NCBI GenBank assembly: GCA_027036135.1
Contig: JALVSY010000030.1
Location: 192,001-256,000, forward strand
Direction: 5' to 3'
DNA: 64,000 nucleotides
Source: Pyrodictiaceae archaeon
GTDB lineage: Archaea; Thermoproteota; Thermoprotei_A; Sulfolobales; Pyrodictiaceae
Shown: positions 42,364 through 51,531 of the stretch, piece after piece
Numbering within the stretch: position 1 is the first letter of the stretch
Layout of the letters: every line of letters starts with the position of its first letter
The notes under the pieces: generated by a model
Database searches by the model: none
Told to the model about the DNA's origin: nothing
What the model saw: the letters and a program-made list of their open reading frames with translations, nothing else
Position numbers and translations under genes: made by a program

Positions 42364-43221
42364 ATGGGGGATTCTGAACCCAGGTCTATAGAACTGTTGA
42401 GAGAATTTAGCGAACTAATACCTCAATTCAGAGAATTCGTTGAAAATATTGTTACTAATGTATTGAGTATGTCTTACCAGGAGGGTGTGGTCTATATGAG
42501 TATTGCTGGTCTCAGCGATATCACGCAGAGCAATGTTATTAGTGTGCTTAAAGCGAAGCTTGGAATCGATGAAGGAAGAGCTAGATATATTCTCCGAAGG
42601 CTTGCAGAGTATGGTCTTATTGATAGAAAGGAGATAAAAGGTAAACAAGGCCGTACTTATCTCTTATCTGCGCCTAGTTGGCGTCTAAGACTTGTTCTAG
42701 CGCTAGTGTGCTCCCCGAGCTTAATATCGATCACCTTGCTTCCCCTATGCGAAGAACTAGTAATGCTTGGCACGGATGAGCAATGGGAGAACGGCTTACC
42801 AAAAATACGCCACCTCTACTTACAATACATCAAGCTTGTCCTCAATAACCTATCTGCGCAGAGACAAGGTGACGTAGATAATAGGGCCAGGAAAAAACGT
42901 TCCACGTCATTCTCTTCTATAAGAATGCCAGGCCTCCTCGCTGTAGCTCAATATATAGACTTTGTCACGGCCTTACTAGCGGCCAAGATTCTTATTCCGG
43001 GTAACCAGTTCAGCAGCCTAGTAAATGAGCTAAGAAGATATAACGAGAACGACGTTGCAGACCTATTTAACTATGCTCGTGAGTCTAAATCCCTAGCCAA
43101 GTTCATTGAAGGACACGAGGATCCGTGCAAGCTCTTACTAGCCATAAAATCATCAATCACCTTGTCGCCAAGTCACATGCTCCTAGTACGAAAACTCCTC
43201 AAGAAGCAAACAGTAAATTAA
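42364..43221 (+). CDS. wHTH-containing protein, candidate element regulator
   Basis: LGIDEGRARYILRRLAEYGLI..GRTYLL and a GGAGGT RBS. The C-terminal domain is not recognised. Confidence 0.65.
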   Translation: MGDSEPRSIELLREFSELIPQFREFVENIVTNVLSMSYQEGVVYMSIAGLSDITQSNVISVLKAKLGIDEGRARYILRRLAEYGLIDRKEIKGKQGRTYLLSAPSWRLRLVLALVCSPSLISITLLPLCEELVMLGTDEQWENGLPKIRHLYLQYIKLVLNNLSAQRQGDVDNRARKKRSTSFSSIRMPGLLAVAQYIDFVTALLAAKILIPGNQFSSLVNELRRYNENDVADLFNYARESKSLAKFIEGHEDPCKLLLAIKSSITLSPSHMLLVRKLLKKQTVN

Positions 43222-44623
43222 AGATATGCAAAATATATTTTTGATATTTTTCGTCTGTTTCTCCTAATAGGTCGCTGTATCTTCTCTCGCTTACCCTGAG
43301 TTCTCCGAAGCGGCTCTGGGCGAAGGCTGCTGCTTCGTAGCCCATTGTCTTCCTCATAAGCTGCCACGCTATCTTCCTGAGGTACTTCGGCCTTATTAGG
43401 CCGTGTCTTTTAGCGTACCTCGTGACTAGCTCGCGTCTGAGCTGCTTGCTTAGGAGCTCCGTCTCTCTTAGTAGCTCTAGTGTCTCCTTTGCGAGGTATA
43501 GCCATTCGCAGGGCTTGTTCCCCTCTCTCAGGCCTAGGTAGTAGCGGCAGAACCCCTGCTCGGGGCAGACTAGCCTAGGGGTGAACCCGTAGCCAGGGAT
43601 CTCTACCTGCTCCTCTGGCCGCCACACAGCTAGCATCCTGAGAGCATGCTCCAGCCTTGCACCACTCTCTAGCATTAGGCGGTAGAGCGCGTAGTAGCCC
43701 CGGTGGTTCTGTCTTAGATGTTCAAGGGTCTTCCTCAGCTCTTCTAGGTTGATGGGGTAGACTCTTATGTCTAGCTTGTAGCTCCTAGAGGGCACTACTT
43801 CTAGTATCCATGCCATTGTTTCTCCGCTTATCCTTCTCTTGTGGTATAGGTAGCGAATGTAGTGCCTAAACACATTGCGTAGCCAGCCGTTTTTGTGTCT
43901 AGCGATTTGCTCTACTAGTTCCTCGCTGAGCTCCTTGCCTTCTAGCTCGCGTTTGAAGAGGTTGCGGTACTTCCTTAGCTGCTCCTCTGTCAATACCTTT
44001 CTGCGCTTCTTCCTCTCCCGCAGGTAGTGCTCGAAGTCCTCGCTCCACTCTAGCTTGACGCCCGCTAGGGATAGGCCGAGCATCTTCTTGAGGTCCTCTC
44101 TGAACTCCTGGGCAACGAAGCGGAGAATAGCGTTCTTCAAGTACTCATCGTTCTTAGCGAGCGCCAAGACCTCTAAGGCCAACCCGTAGTCTATGCCGCC
44201 GTCCTCGCCTAGTATGCCCAGAGCCCTAAGCCTATCAGAGGCAGCAACCAGGCTCTCGAACTCACTCCTAGAGACAAGCCCAGAGGAGAAGAGTCTGAGG
44301 AAGCGCTCGTCTGGTACCTCTAGCCTCTTGTTCAGGTAGCGGTTGAGAGTATACCTACTAACACCCAGGGCCTCGAGGACACGCCTCTGCCCATACTTCT
44401 CTACAGCATAGCGCAGAACCCTGAGCTTGGTCCCAGGGTCTAGCCTAGAGGGGTCTAGCTGAGAGTACCAACCCACGCCCAGGAACCCGTGATAAGCGGG
44501 ATGGATTCTCATACTTATGTTGCACGGCTGAGACATGAACCATGCAACGTAGAGTTGCACGAGGAGTTGATAGGAGAGGCGTTGAGGATTTGGCGCCGCG
44601 GCCGGGATTTGAACCCGGGTCAC
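43199..44623 (-). CDS. int: Tyrosine integrase (SSV1-type catalytic signature) with N-terminal HTH
   Basis: SGAR, KYLRK, QSR and RRY give R..KxxR..R..Y. The HTH is LEALGVSRYTLNRYL. The ORF is open into the tRNA, and an alternative start is GTG 44476. Confidence 0.92.
   Translation of the reverse strand: MTRVQIPAAAPNPQRLSYQLLVQLYVAWFMSQPCNISMRIHPAYHGFLGVGWYSQLDPSRLDPGTKLRVLRYAVEKYGQRRVLEALGVSRYTLNRYLNKRLEVPDERFLRLFSSGLVSRSEFESLVAASDRLRALGILGEDGGIDYGLALEVLALAKNDEYLKNAILRFVAQEFREDLKKMLGLSLAGVKLEWSEDFEHYLRERKKRRKVLTEEQLRKYRNLFKRELEGKELSEELVEQIARHKNGWLRNVFRHYIRYLYHKRRISGETMAWILEVVPSRSYKLDIRVYPINLEELRKTLEHLRQNHRGYYALYRLMLESGARLEHALRMLAVWRPEEQVEIPGYGFTPRLVCPEQGFCRYYLGLREGNKPCEWLYLAKETLELLRETELLSKQLRRELVTRYAKRHGLIRPKYLRKIAWQLMRKTMGYEAAAFAQSRFGELRVSERRYSDLLGETDEKYQKYILHIFNLLFAS
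44515..44560. repeat. Three RTGCAAC motifs inside the tRNA-proximal end
   Basis: TTATGTTGCAC 44515-44525, ATGCAACGT 44542-44550 and GTTGCAC 44554-44560. Confidence 0.8.
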
Positions 44624-44668
44624 GGGCTTGACAGGCCCGCATACTAGGCCAGGCTATACTACCGCGGC
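44591..44668 (-). tRNA. tRNA-Asp(GTC), integration target
   Basis: Anticodon arm CGGGC-CTGTCAA-GCCCG and encoded CCA. Confidence 0.97.
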
Positions 44669-44825
44669 ACCATGTAGAAGCGTCTCTCCTCCCAAACCGG
44701 GTTAAATAGTTAACGTGGATGAAGTTCTCCGATAGGGCTTCTTCCCGGTCTTCTTATTGTTCTATTCCTGGTGACCCTAAGCTATAAATGCGGCTATAAA
44801 GTGTTGAGTTTGCGCGGGGATTAGG

Positions 44826-45236
44826 ATGAGCGTCAACTATGCAACTCTCGGAGAGCTACGTGTTGGTAGCTACATAGTTATTGATGGGGAGCCCTGCAGA
44901 ATAGTTGAGATGAGCAAGGCGAAGACAGGCAAGCATGGTAGCGCTAAGGCCCACGTGGTGGCTGTGTGCCTGTTCTCCGGCAACAAGAAGACAATGGTTG
45001 CGCCCGTCGATACTAGGGTAGAGGTACCCATTATCGATAAGAGGGTTGGCCAGGTAATCGCTGATCTCGGCGACATGGTCCAGATAATGGACATGGAGAC
45101 TTTCGAGACATTCGAGGTAGAGAAGCCCAAGGACGAGGACCTACGAGCTAAGCTTCAGCCCGGTGCTGAGGTTGAGTACTGGGTAGTGATGGGGAGGTAC
45201 TGGATAGCGAAGGTTAGGAGCGCGCCCAAGAGCTAA
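44826..45236 (+). CDS. eif5a: Translation factor aIF-5A
   Basis: Hypusination motif KTGKHGSAK. Confidence 0.98.
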   Translation: MSVNYATLGELRVGSYIVIDGEPCRIVEMSKAKTGKHGSAKAHVVAVCLFSGNKKTMVAPVDTRVEVPIIDKRVGQVIADLGDMVQIMDMETFETFEVEKPKDEDLRAKLQPGAEVEYWVVMGRYWIAKVRSAPKS

Positions 45237-45378
45237 TCTCTCCCAGGAACCGTCCTATTATCGTCTTTCCTTGTTTCTGCTTTTGCTAGCGATGCTTGGT
45301 TTTCTTGTATTTACTCCTTGGTGCTTTCCTATATTAGGGTATGTGTACCTCCTCCTATCTAGGGGCTGATTTAGTGCC

Positions 45379-46728
45379 TTGCCGGGGCTTGAGGATATTC
45401 GTAAGGCTGTTAGTAAGCTTCTTCGCCGGAGTGGTCCATACGAGTCCATTGTGAAGGAGTATATACGTGATTTGCAGAAGGCATTGATAGCTGCTGATGT
45501 AAATGTTAGGCTGGTGTTTGACCTAACTAAGCGTATTAGGGAGCAGGCTCTAAAGAGTGAGCCCCCGCCTGGTGTTAGTCGTCGTGAGTGGCTTGTCAAG
45601 ATAACCTATGAGGAGTTGGCGAAGCTTTTTGGCGGCGACTATGAGCCCGAGGTTAAGCCTCCCTATACTCCCTATGTTATAATGATGGTTGGCGTCCAGG
45701 GGAGCGGTAAGACCACTACTGTCGGTAAGCTCGCGAAGTTCTACCGCGATATGGGGTACCGTGTTGGTGTTGTTGCTGCCGATACTTATCGCCCCGGTGC
45801 GTATGACCAGTTGCGACAGTTAGCGGAGAAGGCCCGGGCAATGTTCTACGGGGAGCCTGGGTCGCGCGACCCTATTGGTATTGCTAAGCGTGGTGTTGAG
45901 GAGCTTAAGCGCCGTGGAGCAGAGATAATCATTATCGATACTGCTGGTAGGCATGGCTACGGGGAGGAGGAGGCGCTGCTAGAGGAGATGAAGAACATTG
46001 CTGACGCTGTTAAGCCGGACGAAGTTGTCCTTGTGATAGACGCTGCTATGGGGCAGAAGAGCTATGATCTCGCAAAAAGATTCCATGAGGCGACCCCGAT
46101 AGGTAGCATAATTGTGACTAAGATGGATGGCACAGCCAAGGGTGGTGGAGCATTATCGGCTGTCGCGGCTACTGGTGCGAGGATAAAGTTCATCGGGACA
46201 GGCGAGGACATCGAGGAGATAGAGGTTTTTAAGCCTAGGAGGTTCGTTGCCCGGCTCCTCGGCATGGGTGATCTAGAGTCGCTCCTCGAGCGCATAGAGA
46301 GGCTTGAGAGTGCAAAGGAGTTCGAGAAGACAGTCACCGAGATGCTCTCTGGGAAGATAACGTTTAGGACTATTTATAGACAGATACAGCAGGTGAAAAA
46401 GCTTGGCCCCTTCCGCAAAGTACTCCAAATGATACCAGGTCTCTCAACGATGATAGAGTCTGTTGAGGATGCTGCTAAGCTAAGTGAGGAGAAGACGAGG
46501 AAATGGATAAACATAATGAACTCTATGACCTACGAGGAACTCGATAACCCCGAGCTCCTAGAGCAACGGTCAAGGGTGAAAAGGATAGCCATAGGAGCTG
46601 GTGTCGAGCCAAGCGATGTCAAGGAACTCTACAACTACTACAAGACTGTTAAGAGAATGATGAGGACATTGAAGAAGAGGAAGGATATCCTTGACAAGCT
46701 CGTCAAGTCTGGGAAGCTACCAACTTAG
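45379..46728 (+). CDS. srp54: Signal recognition particle protein SRP54
   Basis: [17 protein letters not shown] and M domain. Confidence 0.98.
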   Translation: MPGLEDIRKAVSKLLRRSGPYESIVKEYIRDLQKALIAADVNVRLVFDLTKRIREQALKSEPPPGVSRREWLVKITYEELAKLFGGDYEPEVKPPYTPYVIMMVGVQGSGKTTTVGKLAKFYRDMGYRVGVVAADTYRPGAYDQLRQLAEKARAMFYGEPGSRDPIGIAKRGVEELKRRGAEIIIIDTAGRHGYGEEEALLEEMKNIADAVKPDEVVLVIDAAMGQKSYDLAKRFHEATPIGSIIVTKMDGTAKGGGALSAVAATGARIKFIGTGEDIEEIEVFKPRRFVARLLGMGDLESLLERIERLESAKEFEKTVTEMLSGKITFRTIYRQIQQVKKLGPFRKVLQMIPGLSTMIESVEDAAKLSEEKTRKWINIMNSMTYEELDNPELLEQRSRVKRIAIGAGVEPSDVKELYNYYKTVKRMMRTLKKRKDILDKLVKSGKLPT

Positions 46729-47188
46729 CATATACTATATAACAACCTGTTCCACGGAGTCTCTTCTCCATGCAGCGCACACTATATCCTCGGCGCTGTT
46801 CCTCTCCAATGCTATACGCTACTGGGTTACGCTCCGTCTCATACTAAGACTGAGACACAGTGATGTCTGCACCTCGTACCTCTTGGAGATAGAGGGGAGC
46901 CGGGTAAAGTGGCTCCGACCAGGAGAGAACAACCTCCTCGGATTCCTGCGCACAGTGCTAGACGGGAGGAAGTGGCCAGGTACACGCCTTAGAGCATTAT
47001 CCTGTCAGCAAAGACCCGGGTACCCAGAGGACTGTATTAATGTCATGGAGTATGCAGTTAACCCTAGCGCTTGTCCTAGCTGCATAATAGTAGATGAGGA
47101 CGAGGTACGCGTTGGTTTAAAGCCCTGGTGGCTACTCGCATTAATAATGGTCGTGAATGATGCCAGGTGCAGACAACAATGTACTTAG
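46691..47188 (+). CDS. Shortened TrmY-like (SPOUT) protein
   Basis: ISSALFLSNAIR and G..VKWLRPGE recall the TrmY N-terminal half. It sits between srp54 and pus10. Confidence 0.5.
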   Translation: MTSSSSLGSYQLSIYYITTCSTESLLHAAHTISSALFLSNAIRYWVTLRLILRLRHSDVCTSYLLEIEGSRVKWLRPGENNLLGFLRTVLDGRKWPGTRLRALSCQQRPGYPEDCINVMEYAVNPSACPSCIIVDEDEVRVGLKPWWLLALIMVVNDARCRQQCT

Positions 47189-48488
47189 CTCAGCTAGGGA
47201 GATAGTAGAGAAGAGTCTGAGACTGCTGAGAGAGTATCCTCTCTGCGATAGATGCCTTGGCAGAATGTTCGCACTGCTAGGGCGCGGGTGGAGCAACCAG
47301 GAGAGAGGTGATGCAATTAAGAGAGTAATCCTGATGAGCCTGCATGAGAGAATCCGCGAGGGCGATAAAGACGCCGTAGAGCTTCTCAGACAGCTTGCCC
47401 CGAACATCGGTGAACAAGCTAGGCAGCTATATAGCGAGACAATAGGTGAGGAGCTTCAACCACTAAGATGCTACATATGTGGCTCGGAACTAGAGAAGTG
47501 GATACAAGCAGCGGGGGAGAAGGCGTCAGAACTGCTGCGCAGTGTTGATGCACGCAACTTCCTCGTTGCGGCAAAGCTGGGAGACGATATACGAGTAAGG
47601 GAGGACGAGATTAAGCGCAGGTTCTCACTAATATACTCTGAGTCGATAGGCTCTGAGACCAAGCGAGAGGTAAGCAAGATAATACAAGCTAGGACTGGTC
47701 TTAAGCCAAACTTCACTAACCCTGACGTAGTCGTCGTCGTTCATATCCCAGGCGGTAGTGTTGAGCTCCAAATAATGCCTATGCTACTTAGGGGAACGTA
47801 TTGGAAGACGAGTAGGAGGATCTCGCAGTCCTACTGGGTCACTAGGCGCGGGGTAAAGAGGTACCCCATTAGCGTCGAGGAGGCCCTATTCCCTCTACTC
47901 GGGCTCTACCACGCAGAAGATATAGTGCTACATGCCTCTGGCCGAGAAGACGCAGATGCCCGCATGCTTGGCTCTGGCCGCTCATTCATAGTCGAGCTAA
48001 AGAAGCCTAAGAAAAGAAGAATAGGCCTAGCCGAGGCAGAGCGAGTAATAAACGAGCATAGCAAGGGATTGGTTCGCGCCAGGTTCCTAGAAGAGGCTTC
48101 TCGCCGCGACGTTGTTGAGCTAAAATCGGAGCACCAGAAAAGATCCAAGGTGTACAAGGCATTAGTTGTTGTTGAGCGAGAAGTAAGCGACAACGAGCTA
48201 AGAGCGCTCGAGGAATTCTTTACTAATAGGGAGATAAGGCAGAGAACACCGCGCCGTGTTCGACACAGAAGACCCGATATTGTTCGCGAGCGAATAGTAT
48301 TCGGAGTAAAGACTCGAAAGATAGCCGATAACGTTTTCGAGGCACTTATCCGGGCCGAGGGAGGCTTATACATAAAGGAACTCGTGAGCGGCGACGAAGG
48401 CGATACTTCGCCGAGCTTCTCAGAGATTCTTGGGGCGAGAGCTATCTGTGCCGAGCTAGACGTAGTAGAGGTAAGCACTAGTAGGTGA
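47157..48488 (+). CDS. pus10: tRNA pseudouridine synthase Pus10
   Basis: CDRCLGR, CYIC, GREDADARMLG, QRTP.RV and GGLYIKEL. Confidence 0.96.
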   Translation: MMPGADNNVLSSAREIVEKSLRLLREYPLCDRCLGRMFALLGRGWSNQERGDAIKRVILMSLHERIREGDKDAVELLRQLAPNIGEQARQLYSETIGEELQPLRCYICGSELEKWIQAAGEKASELLRSVDARNFLVAAKLGDDIRVREDEIKRRFSLIYSESIGSETKREVSKIIQARTGLKPNFTNPDVVVVVHIPGGSVELQIMPMLLRGTYWKTSRRISQSYWVTRRGVKRYPISVEEALFPLLGLYHAEDIVLHASGREDADARMLGSGRSFIVELKKPKKRRIGLAEAERVINEHSKGLVRARFLEEASRRDVVELKSEHQKRSKVYKALVVVEREVSDNELRALEEFFTNREIRQRTPRRVRHRRPDIVRERIVFGVKTRKIADNVFEALIRAEGGLYIKELVSGDEGDTSPSFSEILGARAICAELDVVEVSTSR

Positions 48489-48538
48489 AAGGAGTATAGT
48501 AGTAATCAAGAATATAACGTACCGCTACTAGGTAGTGC

Positions 48539-48877
48539 GTGCGGGGACTCGAAGTGAAGCCATCAAAGGGGTTCAGGCATAGGACTAGAAAGGTATTCAA
48601 GAAACACATACGCGAGAGGGGAGCGGTTCCGCCACTAAGCCTACTAATGCACGAGTACAAACCCGGTGACAAGGTCTACATAATAGTTAACCCAGCAATA
48701 ATGAAGGGAATGCCGCATAGAAGATATCATGGAAAAGTAGGAGTAGTAGTGAGTAAGCGTGGCAAGGCATACATAGTCCAGGTAAAGGTCGGGAGCAAGA
48801 TAAAGACCTTGTTCATTAGGCCAGAGCATCTACGCCCGGTACCGCCGGAGGCATTAACGCCTCCTAAGACCGAGTAA
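48539..48877 (+). CDS. rpl21e: Ribosomal protein eL21
   Basis: SKGFRHRTR, KGMPHRRYHG and RPEHL. The start is probably GTG 48554. Confidence 0.97.
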   Translation: MRGLEVKPSKGFRHRTRKVFKKHIRERGAVPPLSLLMHEYKPGDKVYIIVNPAIMKGMPHRRYHGKVGVVVSKRGKAYIVQVKVGSKIKTLFIRPEHLRPVPPEALTPPKTE

Positions 48878-48964
48878 TAGGCGGGCAAAAGATACATATA
48901 ACAGGTATTTTATGCAATAAATTGTTATAATGACTATGACTTATTTACGACTGGTGACAAGGAA

Positions 48965-49309
48965 ATGGTTGAGATACTATCATCTAGTTACGTGCCCAAC
49001 CCTGTTGCAAAGAAGATACTAGAGTCTGCTAAGAAGCTAATAGAGCAAAACCCCATAGTCGCTAGAACATATGAGTACGTATCCAAGTTCTCTAAATGCA
49101 GTCCCGAGAACGCGGAGAAGGCAGTAGAAGAGCTTAAGGCAGTTGGTTTTAGCGACTTTGCTGCAACAATGCTTGTAAACCTAGCACCAAGTGAGCTAGA
49201 GGAAACCAAGGCTCTGCTCGGCGATATAGATGGAGGCTACGAGGACGATGTAGTAGAAAAAGGACTAGAAATTCTTAAAAAGTATTGTACAAGTAGCCGG
49301 GAAGAGTAA
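48965..49309 (+). CDS. rpoF: RNA polymerase subunit Rpo4/F
   Basis: TYEYVSKFSK and VNLAP, in the conserved position after rpl21e. Confidence 0.88.
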   Translation: MVEILSSSYVPNPVAKKILESAKKLIEQNPIVARTYEYVSKFSKCSPENAEKAVEELKAVGFSDFAATMLVNLAPSELEETKALLGDIDGGYEDDVVEKGLEILKKYCTSSREE

Positions 49310-49410
49310 TTCTCCGCGTTTCTAGTTACCCAGGATTAGTCTTTAGCTAGGCCTATTCTTCGTAGTACGGGTTAGCTTAAATCCCTTTATATTGTGACTA
49401 AGAGGATTGG

Positions 49411-50139
49411 GTGCTGTTAACTTTGTCATCTCAGCGGCATTTCGCGCAGCGGCGCCATAGGCCGCGGAAGCCTCACGAGGAGTACGCTTACGTATTAGAC
49501 TATCTGCCTATGGGTAACCCGGCTGATAAGCATCCAAAACATCGTACTAAGCCTGTTGTACAGCTGATTGGTGAGGACTATTTCCTCTTATTGGAGGCTT
49601 CTCCGCGTCATGGGGCGTCTCTCGAGATAGGGGAACGTGTATATGTTGGCCCCATAGCGGAGAAAAGATTAAAGATATTTAGAGTGGAAGCAGAAATAGA
49701 ATATGATGACTTGACCTCATTCGCTAAGAGCATGCTACCGAGCATTGTTGAAGAGATAGTGCGTCGGAAGGAAAGAGTGTTTGTCGAGTTCTTTAACATA
49801 GCGGGTCCAATAACTCTAAGGTTTCATAGCCTCGAGCTGCTCCCAGGTGTTGGTAAGAAGACAGTCGCGAAGATAATTGAGGCGAGGGAGCGTGAACCGT
49901 TTAGAAGCTTCGAGGATATACAGGAACGTGTACACATAGACCCAGTCAAGGTTATTGCCGAGAGAATAGTGGAGGAGATAAAAGGCGGACAAAAGTACTA
50001 TCTCTTTGTGAGGCCTCCTAGGCGTGAACGCGAAAACGTTGTTCCGCCGTTGTTCCTTAACTATCTTGGCCAGGTATATGAGAGGCTAGGAAAGCAGAGA
50101 GGAGAGGAAAAAGAGGTCTATGGAGAGAATAAGGCCTAG
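49411..50139 (+). CDS. DUF655 RNA-binding protein
   Basis: EEYAYVLDYL, FFN.AGPITLRFHSLELLPGVGKK and KYYLFV. Confidence 0.92.
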   Translation: MLLTLSSQRHFAQRRHRPRKPHEEYAYVLDYLPMGNPADKHPKHRTKPVVQLIGEDYFLLLEASPRHGASLEIGERVYVGPIAEKRLKIFRVEAEIEYDDLTSFAKSMLPSIVEEIVRRKERVFVEFFNIAGPITLRFHSLELLPGVGKKTVAKIIEAREREPFRSFEDIQERVHIDPVKVIAERIVEEIKGGQKYYLFVRPPRRERENVVPPLFLNYLGQVYERLGKQRGEEKEVYGENKA

Positions 50140-50890
50140 TAAGAGGCTTGGCCAACACTTCCTTGTATCGCGTAAAGTAGCGCGAGTATTTTCCTCATGG
50201 GCTTGTAGGTATAGGAGATTATTCGAGATAGGGCCTGGCACGGGCTTCATAACATCCCAGGTTCTCCGTGATTGCAAGGAGTTAGAGCTTCTAGCAGCTA
50301 TAGAGCTGGACAAGCGACTATCAAGTCACCTTGCAGCGTTGTCGTTAATGGATTGGAGACTACAACCCATACTTAGTGATGCCTTATTGCCGCCTTTGGT
50401 GCTGAGGAGATTCGATGCAGGATACGGCAGTATTCCATACAACATAACTGGGCCATTACTATCACTACTTGTTAAGTTTTTCCAAAAACCAGTCCTGCTC
50501 CTAGTACAGAAAGAGGTTGCTGATAGACTGCTAGCTAAACCCGGTACAAAGAACTATGGAAGAGTAACAATCCTCGTCAATCTCGTCTACGAGGTTAAGA
50601 AGATAATGACTGTTCCTCCCACAGCCTTTAGACCTAGGCCAAAGGTTTATTCACAAATAATCGAATTAGTACCAAGGAGACACATTAATCAAGACATTAT
50701 AGAGCTTGTTGAGGAACTTACTAGGTGCTTTTTCTCCCAGAGAAGGAAGCTGGCAAGGAAGGCTGGGCGTGAGTGCCTAGGAGGCTGTGCCGAGAAATAC
50801 ATCGAGGACACGATAAGAGTCTATGAACTTGGGCCAGGCTTCTTCTTAGAGGTAGCTCGGAGATGTGCCAGGAAGCCGAGAAACCAATAA
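50120..50890 (+). CDS. rsmA: 16S rRNA dimethyladenosine transferase KsgA/RsmA
   Basis: LGQHFL, EIGPGTG, IPYNIT, QKEVA and FRPRPKV.S. Confidence 0.95.
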   Translation: MERIRPSKRLGQHFLVSRKVARVFSSWACRYRRLFEIGPGTGFITSQVLRDCKELELLAAIELDKRLSSHLAALSLMDWRLQPILSDALLPPLVLRRFDAGYGSIPYNITGPLLSLLVKFFQKPVLLLVQKEVADRLLAKPGTKNYGRVTILVNLVYEVKKIMTVPPTAFRPRPKVYSQIIELVPRRHINQDIIELVEELTRCFFSQRRKLARKAGRECLGGCAEKYIEDTIRVYELGPGFFLEVARRCARKPRNQ

Positions 50891-51531
50891 AACTAATGTA
50901 TGTTTGTCGCCCAGTGCCTATACGTACATATACTGTGGGCGGCTTATCCCTACAAGTATGTGAAAACGTCTATGAACCCTCAGATGACAGTTTCTTAGCA
51001 CTAGAGGCAGTATCTGGTATAGGCTCTCGAAGACCGAGTGCTAAGATATGCATAGATATAGGGACGGGAACCGGTATCCTAGGCTTGTACTGTACAGAGA
51101 GAATGGATACTCTATACGCGTTACTTATAGATATTAATCCATGTGCCCTCTACTGTGCTAAGAATAACGCGTTGCTGAATAAATTGATAGTACGAACCGA
51201 TTTAGTGCAATGTGATAACCTTAGCTGTTTACGAAGACCAATACGCAGAAGCATAATCGTTTACAATACTCCGTACCTCCCTGTTGAGGAACGAGATCTG
51301 CTAGGGTTAGCCTGGAGCGGGGGTCTCAGAGAGGCTCAACGCCTAGTAAGCCAAGTAGTTGATGCAGATCCGAATGATCTATGTGTTGTACTAGTCTATT
51401 CGTCCTTGAGTGGAGATGACTCAGCAGTATTATCGAGGCTTAAGTCAAGCGGTTTCAATATATCCGTGAAGAAGGTTCACTTTTTCTTCGAGGACATAAA
51501 GGCGGTGATTGCATGCAAGGAACAAGGATAA
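50863..51531 (+). CDS. HemK2/Mtq2-family methyltransferase
   Basis: VYEPSDDSFL, DIGTGTG, NTPYLP and WSGG. Confidence 0.88.
   Translation: MCQEAEKPIKLMYVCRPVPIRTYTVGGLSLQVCENVYEPSDDSFLALEAVSGIGSRRPSAKICIDIGTGTGILGLYCTERMDTLYALLIDINPCALYCAKNNALLNKLIVRTDLVQCDNLSCLRRPIRRSIIVYNTPYLPVEERDLLGLAWSGGLREAQRLVSQVVDADPNDLCVVLVYSSLSGDDSAVLSRLKSSGFNISVKKVHFFFEDIKAVIACKEQG

Larger units (their letters stand above)
36365..44636. mobile_element. Integrated plasmid/virus-like element in tRNA-Asp(GTC), 8226-bp unit length
   Basis: Identical 46-bp direct repeats equal to the tRNA 3' part, a tyrosine integrase next to the intact tRNA, and a primase/helicase/Cas4-like module. Confidence 0.95.
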
